DNA of 64,000 bases. It comes from Sedimentisphaerales bacterium (GTDB taxonomy: Bacteria > Planctomycetota > Phycisphaerae > Sedimentisphaerales > Anaerobacaceae). The position numbers and the translations under genes are program-made. The notes beneath the pieces were generated by a model. That model saw only the letters and a list, made by a program, of their open reading frames with translations, was not told where the DNA came from and ran no database searches. The stretch is taken from NCBI GenBank assembly GCA_963708075.1, contig OY970194.1, positions 5,856,001-5,920,000 on the forward strand, written 5' to 3'. This document shows positions 51,743-60,950 of this stretch, one piece after another (position 1 is the stretch's first letter; every line of letters begins with the position of its first letter).

Positions 51743-52148
51743 CGCTGTTTCGCCGATCTACGGCATCCGGATTCTCCCGCCTGACGGTGCGCCTCTGGGC
51801 GTCGATCCAGTCTGCATCGCTGGCGTCCCCGCGCAGTAATTGCGGATCATCCCATTACCCTCCGCAGAGTGCGTGCGGACATGGCAATCGGAGGACTTCA
51901 CCAACCCAGGGCCTGTGGTTCCCAGCGAGCCGCAGGCCCTCTCTACATCTGCAGTGCCGTGATCTCCGCATCCTGTGGGAAATGAGCAGGGTCTTCCGGG
52001 TGAACTTCGGATCGGCTGCCGTTGTGTTGCTGCCGTCGCCGTCCCTTCGATTGATCCGTCATGTCATTCTCTCGTCAGTTGCACACGGAGCGCTGCGGCG
52101 GTATAAGAGCAGCACGTGTCAGACGCTTGCGAAAGGAGAAAGGGATTC

Positions 52149-53739
52149 ATGATTGCGCTCTTGATGGCTCTCGCCGCAGGGCTTGTTCGTGAGGCACCTG
52201 TACAGAGAGTGCCCTTGTGGGGCTGCTTTGAGATAAGCGTTGCTAACTCAAAGAGTTACGCGAATCCATTCACTGATGTCACGCTGGTGGCCACCTTCAT
52301 CCGTCCCGACAAGAGCCGAGTGTCATTTTGGGGCTTCTACGACGGCGATGGCAACGGCGGCCAGATGGGGAATGTGTGGAGACTACGGTTCATGCCGGAC
52401 CAGGTAGGCACGTGGTCCTATGAGTGTGCCTTCTCCGATGGAACACCCGGCAAGGGCGGCACGTTCGACTGTATTGATGACGGGGCGCGGCCCGGTCCGC
52501 TGCGCGGATCCCATCAACCCTCACTGCTGGATCTTTGCCGATGGCTCGCACTTCTTCCCCCGCGCCTACACGGCTCCCGAACTGTTCGTTGCAGAGAACC
52601 ACACCCACCGCACGTACTGGATCGACTACTTCTTCGGCACGAAGCACCGGTTCAATCTCTGCAACGCGAACCTGCTCAACTTCGTCGGAGTTGGGGATGA
52701 ACTCAACTGGCAAGGAACTCCTTACAAAGCTCCCGATCCGGCTCAGGAGGGCCGATACGCGAGCATTTCAGGCAACGGCTTGTTTCCCTTTCTCTATTCG
52801 GGGACACGTCCACTGTTCGACGGGGGATCGAACGTGGACTGGCTACGTCCGAGCATCCGATGCTGGGCGAATGTGGACGAGGTCCTCCGTGAGTTGGAGG
52901 CGCGTAAGGTCGTATGGTTCAATCACTGGGGAATGATCGGCTGGGACTGGAGCGGCAACGGCAGGCTCCTTGTGCCGGCCGCGGCACGCAAGCCGGTCCT
53001 GCGGTACTGGATTGCCCGACTGGCGCCCTACTGGAACGTCACCTGGAATATCGCGGGGGAGTGGGACGAGTTGCTGACTCCGGCCCAGTTCGATGAACTG
53101 GGCACGTTTCTCAAAGAGATGGATCCGTGGAAGCACCCGGTGACCTTGCACGCACTGGGGACGACGGTGGACAGGCCCTGGGTCGATTTTCGTGTCCAGC
53201 AATTCGCCGCCGGCACGAGTGCCGACTCCGTCACAAACGCGGGCCGTGCAGCGGCCGACTACGCCGACAAGCCCGTCTTTGCATTCGAGACCTCCTGGGA
53301 AGCCACGCCCGGCAAACTCACCGCCGATCAGGTGCGCACGGGCGCATGGGGCAGCCTCATGGGCGGAGCGTTCTACCTCTATGCGGAGTGCTTCGAGCCC
53401 ACACTCACCTGGGGCGACGGCAGCGCTTTTCCATTCATCGAGATCATGAATGCCTTCGTTGCCGGGCTTGCATACTGGAGCCTGAAGCCGGACCATACCT
53501 TAGTGAATTCAGGAAGTCTCTGTCTGGCCGATCCGGGACGGGAATATGTGATCTATCGCCAAAGCGGAGGAACCATTACCATCGATCTCCCCGGAGCCGG
53601 GCCTGCATTCAAGGCCCAATGGCTGGACCCACGCACCGGAGCCAGGAAAGCGGCCGCGGCCGTAGAGGGTGGCGCGAAGCGGACGTTCTCATGCCCCGAT
53701 GCACACGACTGGGTACTGCATCTGAACAGAGGAGAATGA
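52149..53739 (+). CDS. DUF5060 / DUF4038-type (apiosidase-like) glycosidase with a C-terminal collagen-binding-like domain (frameshift near 52505)
   Basis: NPFTDV.L.ATF..P, GFYDG...WRLRFMPDQ.G.W.Y; WNIAGEW; WLDPRTG...DWVLHL. Confidence 0.75.
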
Positions 53740-53748
53740 GGAGAGATC

Positions 53749-55137
53749 ATGAGATTCGGTCAACGAGTGAGAGTCTGGACGATAGTGTGTCTGATGCCGC
53801 TCATGTCATGGACTGCGATGGCGGCAACGCCTGCGGCCGGCCCGCTGCGCGTCCTGCCAGCCAATCCACGCTATTTCACCGACGGCAGCGGCAAAGCGGT
53901 CTACCTGACCGGCTCGCACACCTGGGCCAATCTGCAGGACATCGGCCTTACCAGTCCTCCCTCGGCCTTTGATTTCCCGGCCTACCTCGATCTTCTCGAA
54001 CGCCACCATCACAACTTCATTCGCCTTTGGCGCTGGGAGTTCTCTCAGTGGACCGAAAGGGACAAGAAACAGTCGTTCTACTGTGCTCCGCAGCCTTGGC
54101 AGCGCACCGGTCCGGGCGAGGCCCTGGACGGAAAACCCAGGTTCGATCTTCAGAAATTCGATGAAGCCTATTTCCATCGCCTCCGGACCCGCACCCGAGC
54201 CGCCGCAGAACGCGGCATTTACGTCTCGATCATGCTCTTCGAGGGGTGGGGCCTGCGGTTCGTGCCCGAGGGGTGGAAGGCCCATCCCTTCTATCCCGCC
54301 AACAACGTGAATCTGACAGACAGCGAGGTGAAAGGCATCAAGGGGATCGAACTCTTCTCTCTCGCTTCGCCAAAGGTGACGGCGTTCCAGGAAGCTTACG
54401 TCCGCAAGGTCATCGATACGGTCAGTGATCTGGACAACGTGCTTTACGAGATCGCCAACGAAAGCGATTTTGCCACGACCGAATGGCAGTACCACATGAT
54501 CCGCTTCATCAAGAGCTACGAATCCACCAAGCCCAGGCAACATCCGGTCGGCATGACCTCCATCGGCTACGGCGTGGACGACCTCGACCGCCTGCTCAAG
54601 AGCCCCGCCGATTGGATTTCCCCCAATCCCGACCACTTCGACTACAAGAACGATCCGCCACCGTCGGATGGAGCGAAAGTCATCATTCTGGACACGGATC
54701 ATCTCTGGGGAGTAGGAGGGGGTGTGCCATGGGTGTGGAAGAGTTTCCTCCGCGGGCATAACCCGATCTGGATGGATCCTCTGGATAAGGCTTCTGTGTG
54801 GGAACCGACCCCGGGGAACGCGGAAGCCGTGCGAAACAATCTGGGCCACGCGCTGCGTTTTGCCGAACGTATGAATCCGGCGGCGATGAAACCACATCCC
54901 GAGTTGACCTCCACGGGTTACTGTCTGGCTGATGCCGGCGTGGAATACCTGGTTTATCAACCCAAGGCGGATGAAGGCTTCTCCGTCGAAGTCAAAGCCG
55001 GGACGTATCGTTACGAGTGGTTCAACCCGACGAAAGATGCGTCGTCAGACGCTGGCCGCCTGGAAATGACAGAAGGCAGACAGCAGTTCAAAGCACCCTT
55101 TGAGGGGGACGCGGTGCTGTACCTTAAGTCGCAATGA
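53749..55137 (+). CDS. Secreted TIM-barrel glycosidase-like protein (DUF6298/DUF4038-like), paralog A
   Basis: NPRYFTDG, YLTGSHTW, NVLYEIANE, DTDHLWG, EWFNP. Confidence 0.75.
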   Translation: MRFGQRVRVWTIVCLMPLMSWTAMAATPAAGPLRVLPANPRYFTDGSGKAVYLTGSHTWANLQDIGLTSPPSAFDFPAYLDLLERHHHNFIRLWRWEFSQWTERDKKQSFYCAPQPWQRTGPGEALDGKPRFDLQKFDEAYFHRLRTRTRAAAERGIYVSIMLFEGWGLRFVPEGWKAHPFYPANNVNLTDSEVKGIKGIELFSLASPKVTAFQEAYVRKVIDTVSDLDNVLYEIANESDFATTEWQYHMIRFIKSYESTKPRQHPVGMTSIGYGVDDLDRLLKSPADWISPNPDHFDYKNDPPPSDGAKVIILDTDHLWGVGGGVPWVWKSFLRGHNPIWMDPLDKASVWEPTPGNAEAVRNNLGHALRFAERMNPAAMKPHPELTSTGYCLADAGVEYLVYQPKADEGFSVEVKAGTYRYEWFNPTKDASSDAGRLEMTEGRQQFKAPFEGDAVLYLKSQ

Positions 55138-57368
55138 GAATCAGTTTACGAAAACCGACTATCAGGAGGGTCGGCATGCGAATTGGAACCAGGGCGCTGG
55201 CCACCACCGTGAGACTGGGCCTCTTGCTCGCGACGGCGTACTCTCTGTTTTGGCTGGAGGAAGCTGCCGCGGCACCTGGCGGGGAGCCGGGAACGGCGGA
55301 TTTCTTCGTCTCTCCGCAAGGCAAGGATACGTGGTCGGGCAAACGAGCCGATCCGGGCGAGGAGGACGGGCCGTTTGCGACGGTGGCGCGTGCTCGCGAG
55401 GCTGTTCGGGCGGTGCTCAAGGCGCAAAAGAAGCCGCGACCCCTGCGTGTGGTACTGCGAGGCGGAACTTACTATCTCGACGCGCCGCTGGAGTTCGGGC
55501 CGGAGGATTCTGGGACGGAGCAGGCTCCGGTGGTTTACGCGGCGGCAGCGGGGGAGAAAGTGGTTCTGAGCGGGGGACGCCGTCTCAATAATGGTCGCTG
55601 GGGCGAGGTCAATGGTCACAAGGCCTGGGTGGTGGACATTCCGGAGGTGAAGGCAGGGACGTGGCGCTTCCGGCAGCTCTTCGTGAATGGCGAGCGCCGG
55701 CCGCGGACGAGGCTGCCCAAGCAAGGGGAATACCGCATCGAATCTCTGCCGGGCTATACGGGCGACTTTCTCAGAAGTCCGACAAGGCAGTTCGTCTACG
55801 CCCCGGGCAACATCGAGCCGACTTGGCGCAATCTGAAGGACGTGGAAATCGTGGGCATCACACGATGGCTGGACAACCGGCTGCCGATTGAGAGCGTTGA
55901 CGGCTCAACTCGGACAGTCACGTTCGACCGCGCGAGTCTGTTTGCTCTCGTCTCGTCCGCCACCTCCGGCGACGGCACCGCCCGGCCCTCGGTCTACTGG
56001 GTGGAGAACGTATTCGAGGCATTGGACACTCCGGGCCAGTGGTATCTGGATCGTCCGGGCGGAGTGCTGTGCTACTTGCCGCGACCGGGAGAGGAGATGG
56101 CTTCGGCCGAGATCATCGCACCGCGGCTGACGCAGGTGGTGCGGGTGGTGGGGCGCGCGGGCGCCCCGGTTCACGACCTTCGCTTTGAAGGCCTCATCTT
56201 TGCGCATACGGAATGGCAGCCGCCGGCCGATTATGCCTCGTCGCTGCAAGCCGGGATCGAGGTGCCCGGCGCGATGCTGTTTGATTACGCCGAACGATGC
56301 ACCGTCACCGACGGCGCCATCGAACACATCGGCAACTATGGCGTCGAAGTAGGCGTGGGCTGTGTGGACATCGAGATCGCGCGCAACCGGATCACGGATG
56401 TCGGCGCGGGAGGAATCCGCATCGGTCACTTCTTCTCATGGGAAACGGACGGTTCCGGCCAACTGACCGAGCGGGGCCTCCGGCGCAAGGCCGCCATGCC
56501 ACAAGGCCCGCACAGCCGGCGGATCACCGTGGCCGACAACGAAATCGCCCACTGTGGGCGGTTCACCCCCGAGGCGGCGGGCGTGTTCGTGGGTGACAAT
56601 GCCGACAACAAGATCATTCACAACCACATCCACGACTTGTTCTGGTGTGGCATATGCGTTGGCTCGGTCCAGGATTTCGGGCCCAGTGAGGCGAAGGGCA
56701 ATATCATCGAATACAATCACGTGCATGACATCGGCCAGGGCATTCTCAGCGATCTGGCCGGGATTTACACCTGCAACACGCCAAGCAGTCGCATCGCCTG
56801 CAATGTCATACATGATGTCGTACGACGAGACTACGGTGGCTGGGGGATCTACCCGGACCAGGGCAGCCACGACCTGTTGATCGAAAAGAACCTCGTATAC
56901 CGCTGCCAGGACGGCGGGTTGTTCGCGCACCACAACCGTGACATTACCGCCGAGAACAACATCTTCGCTTTCAGTCGCGGGGCACAAATCGAGCGCGGCG
57001 GGATAGGCGGGTTCGAGCTGACCTGCCGGCGCAACCTCATCTATTACGTGAAGGGCAGGGCGATTGGGACCTATGGCGGCGAGCGTTGGGGGCGAGACAT
57101 CTGTGCCTTCGATCACAATCTCTACTGGAACGTCTCCGGCCAACCCGTCCTGTTTGCCAATCAGAGCTTCGCCGAGTGGCAGGCGGCGGGACAAGATAAG
57201 GACGGTGTCATCGCCGACCCGTTGTTTGCGGACCCGGCGCACGGCGACTTTACCCTGCGGCCGGGCTCCCCGGCATCGCAGATTGGCTTCGAACCGTGGG
57301 ACATATCGGCCGTCGGGCCGCGTCCATCTTCAGCGACGCCCAAACAGAATTCGGAGGCGGCGAAGTGA
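55134..57368 (+). CDS. Right-handed parallel beta-helix protein (GH141-like)
   Basis: FFVSPQG.D.WSG, GPFAT..RAR, LRGGTY, QLFVNG, PGQWYLD, HNHIHD, GIYPDQGS. Confidence 0.8.
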   Translation: MRISLRKPTIRRVGMRIGTRALATTVRLGLLLATAYSLFWLEEAAAAPGGEPGTADFFVSPQGKDTWSGKRADPGEEDGPFATVARAREAVRAVLKAQKKPRPLRVVLRGGTYYLDAPLEFGPEDSGTEQAPVVYAAAAGEKVVLSGGRRLNNGRWGEVNGHKAWVVDIPEVKAGTWRFRQLFVNGERRPRTRLPKQGEYRIESLPGYTGDFLRSPTRQFVYAPGNIEPTWRNLKDVEIVGITRWLDNRLPIESVDGSTRTVTFDRASLFALVSSATSGDGTARPSVYWVENVFEALDTPGQWYLDRPGGVLCYLPRPGEEMASAEIIAPRLTQVVRVVGRAGAPVHDLRFEGLIFAHTEWQPPADYASSLQAGIEVPGAMLFDYAERCTVTDGAIEHIGNYGVEVGVGCVDIEIARNRITDVGAGGIRIGHFFSWETDGSGQLTERGLRRKAAMPQGPHSRRITVADNEIAHCGRFTPEAAGVFVGDNADNKIIHNHIHDLFWCGICVGSVQDFGPSEAKGNIIEYNHVHDIGQGILSDLAGIYTCNTPSSRIACNVIHDVVRRDYGGWGIYPDQGSHDLLIEKNLVYRCQDGGLFAHHNRDITAENNIFAFSRGAQIERGGIGGFELTCRRNLIYYVKGRAIGTYGGERWGRDICAFDHNLYWNVSGQPVLFANQSFAEWQAAGQDKDGVIADPLFADPAHGDFTLRPGSPASQIGFEPWDISAVGPRPSSATPKQNSEAAK

Positions 57369-57405
57369 CGGTGGACCACACGGCGGTGATGGAGAGGGAT
57401 AGACT

Positions 57406-59489
57406 ATGAACATCAACGGTGCTTTGCGGCTGGCGGTGTCAACACTGGTTTTTTCGGTTGGTCAGGTCGCTGCCGGCGAGCCTTGGCTCATTGCTGAGCA
57501 GCCGGACCTGAAGGAGGCTCTCGAACGCGCCCCGATCTTGCAGACGGAATCACTGGGCGAGCCGGCGCGCGGAGTGAATGTCTGGGAACGTTGGATGGTG
57601 CCGAACCCCGACGGCAAGTCATGGGACGTCCTTCAGATCTACTTCAAAGAATACTATGGGCCGACGTGGCTCTACGCGATGGACCTGGGCACGGGCGAAG
57701 TGAAGAGGCAGCGTCTGGCGGATGGTCACCAGTTCTACCTGTCGGGCAGGGCGCTCGGATTCGACGGCAAGTACTACATCGCCACCCCCTCACGAGAAAC
57801 GTGGAGCATGAATCTGTTCGTGTACGACCCGGCGACGAACACACTGGAGGAGCGCGGTGAGATCGTTCACGGGCTCGGCGGTGAGGTTCGCCCGCTCGTG
57901 ACGGGACCAGATGGGCGGATTTACGGAACCGGGACCCGGGACAACAAAGTCGGCTTGTACATCTACGATCCGAAGTTGGGCAAGGTGGTGAAGGACTTCG
58001 GCGCGGTGGGACCCAGCCATCCCAACGGCGCGTGGAGCCGCTACGTGATGGGCGTGGATGACACGCACGCGTATATCGCCAGCGGGATGATCCCCGCCTG
58101 GTATCTCGTGGCCGTGGATCTCGTGACCGGCGAAGAGAAAGTGCTGCTGGAGTCGCCGACGGAACGTGTGATGGACATCCTTGAGAGCTTTCCAAGCGCC
58201 TTCGCCCGCGTCCCCCAGGGTAACGGCGCGCCCGACAAGGAGTACTGGCTTTACCATGGTCAGGCCATACCCAGGGTGAACGACACGCCGCCCTGGCCTA
58301 AGCAGGCATCCCCGTGGGACAAGGCCGTGCCGAAGCCACAAGTGTACTTCGACCAGATCGATCCGGATTCCGAGGGCCGCGCGACGCTCTGGTATCGTCC
58401 AGCAGAAGACGCAGCCTGGGAATCGATCCGGCTGGAGGGTGTCGAGTCGTACGCACATCGCATCAATCCCATGTCCATCCTGCCCGACGGGCGGATCTAC
58501 GGCACCGGCGACGATTACGCCGGCGTGTTCGTATTCGATCCGCGGACGGACCAGACCACGATCCTCGGCCCGCGCCCGGGCTGGCGCCCTACACACAGAT
58601 CGTTCACGGCGGCAGGCTCTATTCCAGCGGCTATTCCGGCGGCCATCTCTTCGTCTACGATCCCGCGCGGCCCTGGACGCTGAGCAAGGGCGGACCTCCC
58701 GGCCATCCGGCGCCCGACCAGGCGGACGCGGGAAGCAACGCCCGGTACCTGGGGGATTTTGACAGGACCACCCGTGTGGGGCTCATGCACAGTTCCGCGC
58801 TCGGCGCCGATGGCAGGATCTACTTCGGCGGGTTCGGATTGCGTCACTACACCGGCGGCGGCTTCGGCTGGTATGACCCGAAGATGGAGAAGATGGACGG
58901 CTTCTGGAAGCCGCTGAGCGGTTACGCCGTGCAGTGGATCGCCCCCGCGCTGGATGGGAGGCTGATCGTCATTTCCACGATCAGGGCGGCGGATGAGCTG
59001 AATGAGAATCGAGCGCCCGAGGAGGCCAAGCTGTTCGTGTATGAGGTGAGCGAGCAAAAGATCGTTCGCGAGATCGTGCCGGTGTCGAAAGGCCGGACCA
59101 CCGGACTGGTTGCCGAGGTGCGGAGCGGGCGGTTGCTCGGATTGACCTCGGACCCGGAGCAACCGCGCGGCAGCATTCTCTACGGGGTGGATGTCACCAC
59201 GGGCGAAGTGCTGTTCACGAAGGACCTGCCGTCACCCGTCTCGATCGACGATTATTGGCCTCACTGGGTGGACCCTTCGTACGAGTACAATGCCGTCGTG
59301 CGCGGCCCCGATGGTTTTGTGTGGACGTACCTCAGGAACGTGCTGGTGCGCATCGATCCGAAGAATGCGAGCGTGCACGTCATGGGCAAGATCGATCCTG
59401 TCGGCTGGCCCACGTTTGTCGGCAACGATGTGTACTTCTCGGGACCCGAGCAGTTGCGGCGGATTCGCAATCTCGTTCCGACTCCGTAG
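57406..59489 (+). CDS. Secreted beta-propeller protein (frameshift near 58578)
   Basis: Signal peptide; repeated GPDGRIYG and LFVYDP blades across ORFs 57406..58683 and 58314..59489. Confidence 0.7.
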
Positions 59490-59548
59490 CTGGATATGAC
59501 GCGAGTCAGGTCTATGATAAGCCGTTTAGCTCTCGACAGGAGAACGAC

Positions 59549-60950
59549 ATGCTGAAACGTCAGAGCCTCATCGTCGCGTTCGCACTTTTCGTGACGGCGG
59601 GGCAGACCCACGCAGGCAAGGCCTCAGGCCCGTTGCGAGTTCATCCAACCAATCCGCGTTACTTCACCGACGGCACGAAGATGCCCGATGGCTCTTTAAG
59701 AGCTGTCTACCTGACCGGCTCGCACCATTGGAACAATCTGCAGGATTCCGCGAAACTCGGAGAACCTTTAACCGAGAAGTTCGATTACGACGGCTACCTG
59801 GGACTGCTGGCGAAATTCAACCATAACTACATCCGGATGTGGTCGTGGGAAGTTGGAGAAAATGACTTGTATTACGATCCATCGCCCTGGGTTAGGCCAG
59901 GTCCCGGGACTGCTGTGGACGGCAAACCCAGGTTCGATCTCCAGCAGTTCAATCCGGAGTATTTCGAGCGGCTGCGGTCGCGGGTGGTCGCCGCCCGGGA
60001 CAGGAGCATCTACGTCGGCGTGATGCTCTTTCAGGGCTGGAGCATTTACAGCCACGGCTATGGAAATCCGTGGCCGGTGCATCCTTTCAACGAGGCGAAC
60101 AATATCAACGGGATCAATGGAGACCCTGATAAGGATGGTGAGGGCAGAGAGGTTCACGCGCTTCCGGCGCCGGCCGTCACCCGGCTGCAGGAGGCTTACG
60201 TTCGCAAGGTCATCGACACCCTCAACGACTTGGACAACGTGCTCTACGAGATCACAAACGAAACCGCTATCTTCTCCAGGGATTGGCAGTATCACATGGT
60301 CAGATATATCAAGGCGTACGAGGCGGGCAAGCCGAAGCAGCACCCCGTCGGGATGACAGCCTTTGACAGCGGCCGCGAAGGCTCGATGGCAGCCCTGTTC
60401 GCCGGCCCGGCGGATTGGATTTCTCCACAGAATGATGGGACCTCCGGCGACTACCAGGACGACCCGCCGGCCGGCGATGGGCGCAAAGTGATCCTCAGTG
60501 ACACAGATCACCTCTGGGGAGTGGGAGGGGACCGGGTCTGGGTCTGGAAGAGTTTCACCCGGGGGCATCATCCTATCTACATGGACCCGCTGAGCAAGCC
60601 GGATTGGGTGCGCAGCAGCGAAGCCGAGATGCAGGGCGCTCGCAAGGCGATGGGAGACACTCGCCGGTTCGCGGAGAGGATGAATCTCGCGGCCATGACG
60701 CCTCACAACGAATTATCCTCGACCCGATACTGCTTGGCCGATCCAGGAAGGGAGTATCTGGTTTACCAGCCGAAGGCCGGCGGCGACTTTCACAGTCGAG
60801 CTGCACGCAGGCAAGTGCCAGTACGAGTGGTTCAATCCGGCACAGGGGGACGTCGCTGGAACCGGTCAGGTTGAATCGCCGGGCGGGGTGCGGCCATTCA
60901 AACCGCCGTTTGATGGTGACGCCGTGCTTTATCTTCGGAGGCAGCCATGA
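59549..60950 (+). CDS. Secreted DUF6298/DUF4038-like protein, paralog B (frameshift near 60790)
   Basis: Paralog of 53749..55137. Removing one T in GACTTTCACA restores ...YEWFNP...PFDGDAVLYLRRQP* with an ATGA overlap to the next gene. Confidence 0.75.
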
